NCBI RefSeq assembly: GCF_001306055.1
Contig: NZ_LGHJ01000023.1
Coordinates: forward strand, 30,001-62,000
Source: Bellilinea caldifistulae
Lineage (GTDB): Bacteria; Chloroflexota; Anaerolineae; Anaerolineales; Anaerolineaceae
Reading direction: 5' to 3'
DNA length: 32,000 bases
Shown here: positions 23,961-32,000 of the stretch, in pieces
How the letters are laid out: each line of letters opens with the position of its first letter
Numbering within the stretch: position 1 is the first letter of the stretch
Made by a program: the position numbers and the translations under genes
The notes under the pieces: model-generated
What the model was told of the DNA's origin: nothing
The model's database searches: none
Seen by the model: the letters and a program-made list of their open reading frames with translations, nothing else

Positions 23961-26900
23961 ATGTTTCATCTTCTTAAGGGCTTACGTTTCAGGCTTACGC
24001 TGCTGATTTTACTGGCAATTTTGCCAATGATTTTTGCGGCAGTTTTTTTTGCGTTTAATTGGGGGGTAAATATATATCGAAATCTGGAAAATCAAACCGA
24101 GTTGCTTGCCAACAGCATTGCCGAGCGGCAGCTGTGGAGCCTGGAAAACGCCCAAATTGTGATGGTGGAATTGGGCACTCGGATTGACAGGTGGTTGCCC
24201 TTACAGGTTTCAGAATGCAGAAAACTGCTCAATGAATACTTCATTCGTGGGAGTTTTGTCAGCCTGGCAATTTTGGATGATCACGGAAAAATCCTTTGTC
24301 AGCTGCCTACCACCAATGATGTTGATGATCTTTTTGAGGTAGATGCTGTAGCGCAATCTTTGCAAAACCAATCTTTAAGCATTGGAGCGATGCAGGCAGA
24401 CCCGTTGACGGGGAGAATGATTTTACCATTTGTTATCCCGTTTCAGGATGAAATCAATCATAGCGGTGGTTATATTTATGCAGGTATTCCTGGCGAATTG
24501 ATCCAACAGTTAGTCATTCGTTCTGGTATTCCATCTGAAACCGAAACTGTCCTCACTGATTTGAGCGGAAGAATCATTGCAATATTTCCTGCAAACCCGA
24601 ATTTGATTGGGCAAACCGATTCCCTTATACAACAGAAAATTTTCGGTGGTGAACTGGTTGAACAGGGTAAGTTCACGACAACAGGAATGGACGGCATAAC
24701 CCGCTTATATTCTTATCGAGTGCTTACCCTTGAAGGCCAGCCTTTTGGCATTATCCGGAGTGGATTGCCCCTTGAAAACGTCAACCGCGAGTTTCAAAAA
24801 TTGCTGTATACCATTGGATTTTTGTTCGTAGCAGTGTTTTTATTGAGTATTTTGCTGGCGTATTTGATTAGTGGAAGGATTTTGGAACGAAGAAGCGAAC
24901 CCCTGTTGAATGCCGCAAAAAAGATTGCCCGTGGAGATCTGGCAGTTCGCACTCAGCCGCGGATGAAAGCCACTGCAGATGGTTTACTGGAATTGGAAAA
25001 AACATTCAATCAAATGGCGGAAGCCCTGGAGGAGCGGGAGAAATCACACCGGAAAATTGAAGAAGCGCTGAAGGAATCAAACGAAAAACTGGCGGCGATA
25101 ATCCGCACTTCGCCGTTAGCAATAATTGTCGAGAATATGGAAGGCAGGGTGATCGAATGGAGCCCAGCGGCCACTTCGATTTTTGGATGGACAGCATCCG
25201 AGGTTATTGGGAAAGAAATGCCAGTACTATCGGCGGAGCATGCGTTTCAGTTTCAATCTATTCGAAAACGGGTTTTGGCAGGCAAAACCATACAAATTCA
25301 AGAAATAAAATGTCAGACGAAGGATGGACGAGAGATTCCCGTTGGCCTTTCTGCTGCGTTGTTGAGAAATACGGCGGGAGAAGCAGCCGGAGTTACTTAT
25401 CTGATTGCCGATTTGAGCGAGCAGAAGAAGGCGTTAGAAACGGTAAACGAAACCCAGCAAATGCTATCGGTCTTGTTGAGGAATTTGCCGGGGATGGCTT
25501 ATCGTTATTCTTTGAAAGAAAGAAAAATCACCTTTATCAGTTCCGGTTGTGTTGAATTAACTGGCTATTCACCAGAGGAATTACTGGATGGAAATTTAAT
25601 TCAATTTCAAGACCTGATTCACCCTGATGATCGGGGCGAGGTTGCAAAAGTAATTGAAGAGACGGCCGTTGGGGGAAAGCCGTATCGGGTTATCTATCGC
25701 ATTCGGACGGCCAATCATCAGACCCGCTGGGTGCTTGAACAGGGCGTTGGTTTAATCAATAATGGCGGGACTATTCACACGGTTGAGGGATATATCACCG
25801 ATATTACCGAAGTTAAGAAGAGAGAACAGGAAATGGAGGTGATCGCCTCGATCAGTGCGGTAATGCGTTCCGCCAGAGGAAAAACTGAAATTTCCAGCAT
25901 TGTTCTGGATCAAATTGCCCGGCATCTGGATGCTGATGGCGGCGCGCTGGCTTTTCGAGAGCCAACCGGTTTAAGTGTTGTGGAAATGGCTGTGGGAATC
26001 CTCCGCCCGATTCAAGGGTATCGTTACAATCGGGGAGAAGGTCTGATTGGGAAAGTCATTGAAAGCGGTTTACCGGTTTTGGGAGATGAAATTGGCCTGG
26101 ATAAAAGTCTGCTGATTGCAGATATAGAAAACCGGGCAAATGCTGTTTTATGTGTCCCTCTACTTGAACGGGAACAGGCAATGGGCAGTCTCTTAATCGT
26201 TCGAGAGAGTCCATTTTCTCAGGATGATTTAAGGTTGATAACCTCAATTTCGGATATGGTTGCCACAGCGATCCGCCGAATCACTTTGTACGAACAGACT
26301 GAAAAAAGGCTGCAGCAGCTGGTAGCGCTTCGTACCATTGAAACTGCCATAACATCCAGCCTTGATTTTCGTTTCACACTCAGTATTTTGTTAGATCAGG
26401 TCGTTTCTCAATTAAATGTAGATGCTGCCGATGTTTGGTTATATGATGCGAAAACTCAGCGATTGGTATTTGTGGCAGGATGGGGTTTTCGGAGTTTGGA
26501 AGTCCGAACCAGCCCTGCACCAATCGGATGGGGGCTACCTGGAAAGGTGGCTCAGCAGCGGTCACCGTTATTTGTCCCCAATTTTTCCGAATGGGAGGGA
26601 GGAAAGGAACATATTATCCCATTAGAAAAAGAAGGTTTAAATTCGTATTATGGAACACCAATTATTGCCAAAGGTCAACTGCATGGTGTCTTGGAAGTAT
26701 TCCAGCGGCACACTTTACGGCTGGATGCTGAAAAACGCGAATTCTTGAATTCCCTCATATCGGGTGCGGCCATTGCGATTGACAACGCACGGATGGTTGA
26801 GGATTTGCAAAAAACCAACCGGGAGCTGGCCGCAGCCTATGATCAGACTATCCTTGGTTGGTCAATGGCGCTGGAAATGCGCGATGCTGAAACCGAAGGT

Positions 26901-27395
26901 CATACGCGACGCGTGGCTGAGGCAACGGTGAAACTGGCGCGTGAAATGGGGTTGAGCGAAGCGGAACTGGTTAATGTTTGGAGAGGGGCGGTTTTGCACG
27001 ATATTGGCAAGATGGCTGTACCCGACACCATTTTGTTAAAAAAGGGCGAACTGACGACTGAGGATTGGAAAATCCTTCGAAAACATCCTCTGTATGCTCA
27101 ATCCATGCTTTCTGGCATTGAGTTTTTGCAGCCTGCGCTGGATATTCCCACCTTCCATCATGAACACTGGGATGGAAATGGGTATCCGTTGGGATTAAAG
27201 GGGGAGCAAATTCCACTACCAGCAAGGATTTTTGCGGTTGTGGACGTTTGGGATGCGCTACGTTTCGATCGCCACTATCGAGCGCGATGGGAAGAAAAGG
27301 ATGTGATTGAATATATCACCGGTTTGTCTGGGAAACAGTTCGATCCGCGGGTTGTTGAAGTATTTTTACGAATGTTGAACGAAGGTAAGTTATAA
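23961..27395 (+). CDS. Multidomain membrane sensor with HD-GYP c-di-GMP phosphodiesterase output (extracytoplasmic Cache-like domain, TM, HAMP, 2x PAS, 2x GAF, HD-GYP)
   Basis: 1144 aa. An N-terminal TM, a ~250-aa extracytoplasmic region and a second TM (IGFLFVAVFLLSILLAYLI) are followed by HAMP (AAKKIARGDLAVR). PAS segments follow (IIVENMEGRVIEWSPAA..., GMAYRY...YRIRTANHQTRWV). The C-terminus has HTRRVAE...LHDIGK...HHEHWDGNGYP, the HD plus HHExxDGxGYP signature. Confidence 0.9.
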   Translation: MFHLLKGLRFRLTLLILLAILPMIFAAVFFAFNWGVNIYRNLENQTELLANSIAERQLWSLENAQIVMVELGTRIDRWLPLQVSECRKLLNEYFIRGSFVSLAILDDHGKILCQLPTTNDVDDLFEVDAVAQSLQNQSLSIGAMQADPLTGRMILPFVIPFQDEINHSGGYIYAGIPGELIQQLVIRSGIPSETETVLTDLSGRIIAIFPANPNLIGQTDSLIQQKIFGGELVEQGKFTTTGMDGITRLYSYRVLTLEGQPFGIIRSGLPLENVNREFQKLLYTIGFLFVAVFLLSILLAYLISGRILERRSEPLLNAAKKIARGDLAVRTQPRMKATADGLLELEKTFNQMAEALEEREKSHRKIEEALKESNEKLAAIIRTSPLAIIVENMEGRVIEWSPAATSIFGWTASEVIGKEMPVLSAEHAFQFQSIRKRVLAGKTIQIQEIKCQTKDGREIPVGLSAALLRNTAGEAAGVTYLIADLSEQKKALETVNETQQMLSVLLRNLPGMAYRYSLKERKITFISSGCVELTGYSPEELLDGNLIQFQDLIHPDDRGEVAKVIEETAVGGKPYRVIYRIRTANHQTRWVLEQGVGLINNGGTIHTVEGYITDITEVKKREQEMEVIASISAVMRSARGKTEISSIVLDQIARHLDADGGALAFREPTGLSVVEMAVGILRPIQGYRYNRGEGLIGKVIESGLPVLGDEIGLDKSLLIADIENRANAVLCVPLLEREQAMGSLLIVRESPFSQDDLRLITSISDMVATAIRRITLYEQTEKRLQQLVALRTIETAITSSLDFRFTLSILLDQVVSQLNVDAADVWLYDAKTQRLVFVAGWGFRSLEVRTSPAPIGWGLPGKVAQQRSPLFVPNFSEWEGGKEHIIPLEKEGLNSYYGTPIIAKGQLHGVLEVFQRHTLRLDAEKREFLNSLISGAAIAIDNARMVEDLQKTNRELAAAYDQTILGWSMALEMRDAETEGHTRRVAEATVKLAREMGLSEAELVNVWRGAVLHDIGKMAVPDTILLKKGELTTEDWKILRKHPLYAQSMLSGIEFLQPALDIPTFHHEHWDGNGYPLGLKGEQIPLPARIFAVVDVWDALRFDRHYRARWEEKDVIEYITGLSGKQFDPRVVEVFLRMLNEGKL

Positions 27396-27405
27396 TCTCC
27401 TTGCG

Positions 27406-28452
27406 ATGGATTTTGATTTTTTAATTTCGAACAATCATCTGGATAACTGGTTACTTGCTTTTGGAGCCTTACTGGCTTCTTTTGTCTTTTTCGAACTACT
27501 GAGGAGAATCCTTGGTTCAGTTTTCAAAAGAAAATCAGAATTTTCCAGGTTTCAAAGTTTCTCCGTAGTCTATCGAATCATCCAAAAAATAAAAGGATGG
27601 TTTTTGTTGTGGCTGAGTATTTACATTGGAAGTTTATTTATAGACTTAAATGAGCCCCTCCAATCTGTCCGTTCGATCATCACGATTACCGTTGGATTAT
27701 TGCAAGTGGGTTTTTGGACCCTCGGTTTAATTGATTATTGGGTTGAACAAAAATCTGTGCGTGAGGATGTGGGGGGTGATCAAAAAACGACCCTGAATGT
27801 TTTAGGGATTATCCTGAAAATTGCGGTTTGGATTTTTGTCTTTTTAATTATTCTGGATAACCTTCCCGGTGTCGAAATAACGACTCTCATCACCGGTTTG
27901 GGTATTGGCGGTATTGCGGTTGGTTTAGCCGTTCAAAACATTCTTAGTGATTTATTCAGTTCAGTTTCAATTGCCCTGGACAAGCCTTTTGTGATCGGCG
28001 ATACGATCAAAACCGGGGATTATATCGGGACGGTTGAAAGTATAGGCCTGAAAAGCACTCGTTTGAGAAGCATCAGTGGCGAACAATTGATTTTTTCGAA
28101 TTCGGATCTGCTTTCCAGCCGGATTCAGAATTTTAAGCGCATGGACCGCAGAAGGGTTTTATTTACTCTGGGTGTTACTTACGAAACCTCTTTGGAAAAA
28201 CTTGAAAAAATTCCCCAGATTCTGGAAGAAATCATTTCGTCCAAAAACGATGTTGCATTTGAAAGAGCGCATTTTAAAGAGTACGGAGCATTTTCGCTGA
28301 ATTTTGAAATAGTCTATTTTGTTGAAACCAGTGATTACCGGTACTTTATGGATATACAGCAAGAAATCAATCTGGAAATTTTTCGAAGATTTTCTGAGAT
28401 GGGAATCGAGTTTGCTTATCCAACGCAGGTGGTTTACACTCGCAAAAATTGA
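27406..28452 (+). CDS. MscS-family small-conductance mechanosensitive channel
   Basis: 348 aa. Several N-terminal TM segments are followed by the pore-helix signature GLGIGGIAVGLAVQNILSDLFSS and the beta-domain KPFVIGDTIKTGDYIGTVESIGLKSTRLR. Confidence 0.9.
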   Translation: MDFDFLISNNHLDNWLLAFGALLASFVFFELLRRILGSVFKRKSEFSRFQSFSVVYRIIQKIKGWFLLWLSIYIGSLFIDLNEPLQSVRSIITITVGLLQVGFWTLGLIDYWVEQKSVREDVGGDQKTTLNVLGIILKIAVWIFVFLIILDNLPGVEITTLITGLGIGGIAVGLAVQNILSDLFSSVSIALDKPFVIGDTIKTGDYIGTVESIGLKSTRLRSISGEQLIFSNSDLLSSRIQNFKRMDRRRVLFTLGVTYETSLEKLEKIPQILEEIISSKNDVAFERAHFKEYGAFSLNFEIVYFVETSDYRYFMDIQQEINLEIFRRFSEMGIEFAYPTQVVYTRKN

Positions 28453-28464
28453 AACAAAACAAAA

Positions 28465-28965
28465 TCAGTGTTCGCGAATCTGGTCAATTACCATCCGGTA
28501 GAATTCCTCCTGAAAGGGAACCGGTCCGCTGCCGATTACCTCGCGGACTTTTCTGCGGGTCCATTCCACTAAACGTGTTCCGGTAGGGTTTTCTGGCGGA
28601 CTGTATTTCTCAAGGTTGAAGATTTTGGTTGTGTCGGCAACGAGCAGAATGCGCCGGTCGGGACGATAAATTAAAGCTGAAAAATAGGACTCACCATCAC
28701 GGTTGGGTTCTGGCAGCAAAATCATGGTTATCAGAACTCGGCTGGCAGGTTCACGAAAATAATAATTCAATCCAAAAGAGTCGCGTTTCAATTCGGGTGG
28801 GCATTTTTCACCGGCCAGCTTCCAGTAGAAGGACAAAAATTTATTCCCGTCACGGTATAAGAGTTGTAAAAATTGTCCGGGTGAACTGTGGAATAATGAG
28901 GGGATGACCTCATCAGCGAATATTTGAGATTGGGTTTTTTCCGTGCTCATTCCGTATATCACCAA
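28465..28965 (-). CDS. Hypothetical 166-aa soluble protein, no recognisable family
   Basis: A clean ORF sits 67 nt downstream of the amine oxidase on the same strand. An alternative ATG lies at 28950. No motif recognised. Confidence 0.5.
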   Translation of the reverse strand: MVIYGMSTEKTQSQIFADEVIPSLFHSSPGQFLQLLYRDGNKFLSFYWKLAGEKCPPELKRDSFGLNYYFREPASRVLITMILLPEPNRDGESYFSALIYRPDRRILLVADTTKIFNLEKYSPPENPTGTRLVEWTRRKVREVIGSGPVPFQEEFYRMVIDQIREH

Positions 28966-29032
28966 ATATACAATAACCTATTTTTGCCCGGATTTTAAGG
29001 GATTGTCTAATGCGAAAGAATAAGCAGATCCA

Positions 29033-30472
29033 TCAGGGTGTTAAAGAGGCAGTGGTTTGGGTAATTTCAAAGGCTGCTCTCAAACCGGATTCAATAGCAC
29101 CCTGGATCCAGGCATGAAATAACGACGTGTGTTCGCCAGCGAAGTAAATTCGGCCTTCAGGATGACGGATATGATCATAAAGGAGGGTTTGTTGGCCGGG
29201 GTCAAACAGCGCAAAGGCACCACCGGCAAATTCGTCATCGTGCCACATGTAGGAATCACCGACTTCAAACTCATCCTGGGCGGACGGGTGAATTGCAGTG
29301 ACATTTTCAAGAGCCTGGTGAAGTCTTTCAGCCGGCGGGAGCGATCCCCAGCGTTGAGCGTCTTCACCCCATGTGTAGGAGGCTAATAAAACCCCTCGTG
29401 GGGTTGATTTACGGGGTTGAGGATAATACATATTGCGTATAGCCAGATCAGTAACCGTGCCGCCTCCCATAATCCCCTCTTCTTCCCAGAATCGTCGGCG
29501 AAATTGAAGGAAAATTTTTGCAGACGCATCATAATGTAATTGTCGAATTGCCTTTTGCTTGCGAGGGCTGAAAGGAGGGATTATTTCAATGTGGCGTAAA
29601 ACCGGAAATGGGAGGGTGAGGATTGCAAAGTCACCCGTTACATTATGTTTACCTGCGATAGAACGAAGGTGAAAGGTTACCGAAGTTTCGGATTGTTCAA
29701 TGGCGGTAATTTTTTGACCAAACCAGATGTTTTCTTGAAGTTCTGGTAAAAACGAAAGGGGTAGTTGATCCATAGCCCCCTCGATAGTGATCATTTCTTT
29801 GTAGTATTGCCCTACTTCCTCTCGTAGTAACTCTAAAAAAGAGGAGTTCATGATGGCTTCCTGATTATAGAGCAGCCCAAAGCGTTCGATGGCGGCTTCT
29901 GACCAGCCTTTGATTTCCAAAAATTCGCGGACGGAATACTCGTCATATTCCTGGACAATCGAATCCCAGACGTCAGGGCCTTCTTTTTCGACTTTCCTGA
30001 TGAATGGTTGGATGGTTTGTAGCCACAATTGTTCGGCACTTTTTTGTCTCTCCGCTTGAGTTAACTCAAATCCAAAAAATTCGATGGTTTGTTCTGCTTC
30101 ATGCATTCGGATTTTTTTTCCATTGAAGTAAGCAAAAGCCAACGGATTGTGGTTGATAAAAGGAATGGTCTTTAGCCTGAACTTGTTTATGTATGCCAAT
30201 GTTAAGGAATGATTTGTGGGAATACGCATCGCGCCCGCTTCCGCAAACAATCCATCCGAGAAGGGATGGCGCAAAGTCAGAATGCGGCCTCCGACTCGCT
30301 GCTGGGCTTCAATGATTTGAACCTCATAGCCAGCCCGCATTAATTCGCTTGCTGCCACTAAGCCAGCAATACCTGCTCCTGCGATGAGTACTTTTTGGGG
30401 TTGGGAGGTTTTCGGCAATCCTCGATTGATCCACTCTAAATATCTGGATTCGTCCAATAATTTCAGGTTCAT
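29033..30472 (-). CDS. Flavin-containing amine oxidase family protein (L-amino-acid oxidase / monoamine oxidase-like)
   Basis: 479 aa. FAD dinucleotide-binding motif VLIAGAGIAGLVAASEL...EVQIIEAQQRVGGR, and C-terminal FAD motif IYFAGEHTS...WIQGAIESG. Confidence 0.9.
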   Translation of the reverse strand: MNLKLLDESRYLEWINRGLPKTSQPQKVLIAGAGIAGLVAASELMRAGYEVQIIEAQQRVGGRILTLRHPFSDGLFAEAGAMRIPTNHSLTLAYINKFRLKTIPFINHNPLAFAYFNGKKIRMHEAEQTIEFFGFELTQAERQKSAEQLWLQTIQPFIRKVEKEGPDVWDSIVQEYDEYSVREFLEIKGWSEAAIERFGLLYNQEAIMNSSFLELLREEVGQYYKEMITIEGAMDQLPLSFLPELQENIWFGQKITAIEQSETSVTFHLRSIAGKHNVTGDFAILTLPFPVLRHIEIIPPFSPRKQKAIRQLHYDASAKIFLQFRRRFWEEEGIMGGGTVTDLAIRNMYYPQPRKSTPRGVLLASYTWGEDAQRWGSLPPAERLHQALENVTAIHPSAQDEFEVGDSYMWHDDEFAGGAFALFDPGQQTLLYDHIRHPEGRIYFAGEHTSLFHAWIQGAIESGLRAAFEITQTTASLTP

Positions 30473-30511
30473 TTTTATACCTTCATTTTTTTCTAAGATG
30501 AATTATTCGGG

Positions 30512-30517
30512 TATAAT
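30512..30517 (+). promoter_or_regulatory. Candidate -10 hexamer (TATAAT) for slyD
   Basis: GGGTATAATC lies 52 nt upstream of the ATG at 30569. A weak -35-like TTTCTA sits 16 nt upstream. Confidence 0.3.
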
Positions 30518-30568
30518 CAGGCTGATTTTATCTTTTATAACATTTTTCTTGACTTCAAGGAATATCCA

Positions 30569-31084
30569 ATGGGACTTGACACAGTACAAAATGGGGTTGT
30601 TGTGGCGCTCGAATACACCTTATGGGTTGACGGTGAGATTGTGGACGATTCGAATGGGACACCGTTGGAGTACCTGCATGGGTTTAACAACATTATCACC
30701 GGTTTGGAAAACCAGCTCAACGGCTTGAGGGCCGGCGAAGAGAAGGAAATTGTTGTGAAGCCGGAGGATGCCTACGGACAGTATCATCCTGAGGCGGTGT
30801 TTGAAATGCCGAAATCGCAATTTCCACCCTCTTTTCCACTCGAAATTGGTTATCCCTTCAGGGTGCGCACCGATCAAGGTCAAATTCTCAATGCGCGAAT
30901 AATCGGTTTGAAGGACAACGTGGTTGAGATTGATACCAATCATCCACTGGCGGGTAAGGAATTGCGATTTTTTGTTCGGATTGCGGGTCTGCGGGAAGCC
31001 ACGGATGATGAATTGCTTTCGGGCAGGGTTGGTGGTGGATGCACTACCTGTGGTTCAACCAGCGGCTGCGAAAGTTGCGGCTAA
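30569..31084 (+). CDS. slyD: FKBP-type peptidyl-prolyl cis-trans isomerase, SlyD-like, with Cys/Gly-rich C-terminal tail
   Basis: 171 aa. SlyD-typical segments are VVALEYTLWVDGEIVD, YLHGFNNIITGLENQLNGLRAGEEKEIVVKPEDAYG and NHPLAGKELRFFVRI. The tail is GGGCTTCGSTSGCESCG. Confidence 0.85.
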   Translation: MGLDTVQNGVVVALEYTLWVDGEIVDDSNGTPLEYLHGFNNIITGLENQLNGLRAGEEKEIVVKPEDAYGQYHPEAVFEMPKSQFPPSFPLEIGYPFRVRTDQGQILNARIIGLKDNVVEIDTNHPLAGKELRFFVRIAGLREATDDELLSGRVGGGCTTCGSTSGCESCG

Positions 31085-31096
31085 GGCGACCCTTGT

Positions 31097-32000
31097 TTAT
31101 TCGTAAAAAGTAATCCGATCGCGGCCGTTCATTTTTGAGTCATAAAGTGCCCGGTCTGCCCGCTGAAGGAGTTCATCCAGCGACAAATCAGGCTCTTTTA
31201 CATTGCTTGCCAAACCGATGCTCAATGTGATCGGAATAGAAACTCCCCCGGCGGTAACGGGCTGTTGAGCAACGGCTTGCTTTAATCGTTCAGTCATCCT
31301 TCTGGCGCCTTCCGGAGTGGTTTCAGGCAGAAGTATCACAAATTCATCTCCCCCGTAGCGCCCGAGGATATCCACCTTGCGCAAGACGGCTTGCATGCTG
31401 CGGGTGATCTGAATTAACACTTTATCGCCGGTTTTATGCCCGAAGGTGTCGTTCATTTCCTTAAAGTGATCCACGTCAATCATCACCAAAGAAACCGGGC
31501 GGTGGTAGCGGCAGGCCTGTTCAATGAGGCGTGAAGCAATCTCTAAAAAGTAACGTCGGTTGGCTATGCCGGTCAGGGAATCCTGGGTGGCCAGCCGTTC
31601 CAGAGCTGCCTGAGCCTTTTTGCGTTCTTCGATTTCTTTTTGAAGCGCTACATTTTTGAGCTGATAAATTTCGGCATCTTTTCGGGCGTTTTCGACTTCG
31701 TGAATGACCTCGAGGGTTTTTAATCGGCGATCTTTTTCCTCGTTGTAAACGATTTGATAGACCGCAATATAATTTTCGTAGGCTTCGAGGGCTTTTGGGT
31801 AATTTTCAGTTTTTTTATAGGCCTGTGCTAATGCATGGTGACATTCCATCAATTCGTACTGGGCGTTGATTTCGCTCGCGATGGTTAATGCCGACTGCAA
31901 GGCTTCTACCGCCGCGGAGATGTTCCCCATGGAAAGGTGAATGATACCAATTTTTCGATGGGCTCTAGCCAATTCAAGGCGTTTGTCAAACTTTTTAGCG
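31097..32000 (-). CDS. TPR-GGDEF diguanylate cyclase (N-terminus beyond the right window edge)
   Basis: The frame stays open past the TTG at 31972 to nt 32000. TPR-like repeats and a coiled coil are followed by a GGDEF domain (DSLTGIANRRYF, MIDVDHFKEMND, GRYGGDEFVILL). An RxxD I-site (RKVD) lies 5 residues upstream of GGDEF. Confidence 0.9.
   Translation of the reverse strand, partial: AKKFDKRLELARAHRKIGIIHLSMGNISAAVEALQSALTIASEINAQYELMECHHALAQAYKKTENYPKALEAYENYIAVYQIVYNEEKDRRLKTLEVIHEVENARKDAEIYQLKNVALQKEIEERKKAQAALERLATQDSLTGIANRRYFLEIASRLIEQACRYHRPVSLVMIDVDHFKEMNDTFGHKTGDKVLIQITRSMQAVLRKVDILGRYGGDEFVILLPETTPEGARRMTERLKQAVAQQPVTAGGVSIPITLSIGLASNVKEPDLSLDELLQRADRALYDSKMNGRDRITFYE

Noticed and set aside
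30384-30728. 114-aa plus-strand ORF bridging the amine oxidase 5' end, the intergenic promoter region and the slyD 5' end
   Set aside because: It is antisense to the amine oxidase FAD-binding motif region and out of frame with slyD. It has no independent support.
1-32000. Search for tRNA, rRNA, CRISPR arrays, IS elements, integrases and long direct or inverted repeats
   Set aside because: The intergenic regions are all 184 nt or shorter and none shows cloverleaf-like or repeat-spacer structure. No transposase or integrase-like ORF is present. A computational repeat scan was not possible, so short dispersed repeats could have been missed.

Overview
This is a densely coding bacterial chromosomal window of about 26 CDS on both strands, with very short intergenic gaps. 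I found no rRNA, tRNA, CRISPR array, transposase, integrase or long repeat by eye. All family calls come from motif recognition in the supplied ORF translations; no homology search was possible. The protein set (Asp23-NusB pair, many multidomain c-di-GMP proteins, large CBM-rich lipoprotein, about 47% GC) suggests Chloroflexota/Anaerolineae, but that is only a guess.

Gene content, left to right:
- 1-6229 (+): a xanthine-dehydrogenase-family molybdenum hydroxylase operon. It holds a 5'-truncated FAD/[2Fe-2S] fusion subunit, an embedded 2-TM protein and the Mo subunit, followed by the selenium-dependent molybdenum hydroxylase markers YqeB, a YqeC-MocA fusion and a second MocA.
- 6231-8361: an S41 C-terminal processing peptidase and a class IV aminotransferase.
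- 8358-12771 (-): a four-gene operon with an MrfA/YprA-like DEVH helicase (an intact HNH nuclease module is inserted in its C-terminal Zn-binding domain), an MrfB/YprB-like DEDDh exonuclease with TPR, and two small translationally coupled ORFs.
- 12935-19148: an MFS transporter, an A24 prepilin peptidase, PckA and an 827-aa lipoprotein with three CBM20-like modules.
- 19204-20070 (-): Asp23-NusB, with an intrinsic terminator after nusB.
- 20231-23776 (-): a tight operon of VIT1/CCC1 (ferritin-like N-domain), VOC, a LarA-like protein and an esterase.
- 23961-28452 (+): a 1144-aa Cache/HAMP/PAS/GAF/HD-GYP protein followed by an MscS channel.
- 28465-32000: an orphan 166-aa protein, a flavin amine oxidase, SlyD with a Cys-rich tail, and a truncated TPR-GGDEF cyclase.

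The items most worth follow-up are the YqeC-MocA fusion within the selenium-dependent Mo-hydroxylase maturation cluster, and the HNH-bearing MrfA homologue with its two uncharacterised coupled partners. Neither is clearly a completely new system.
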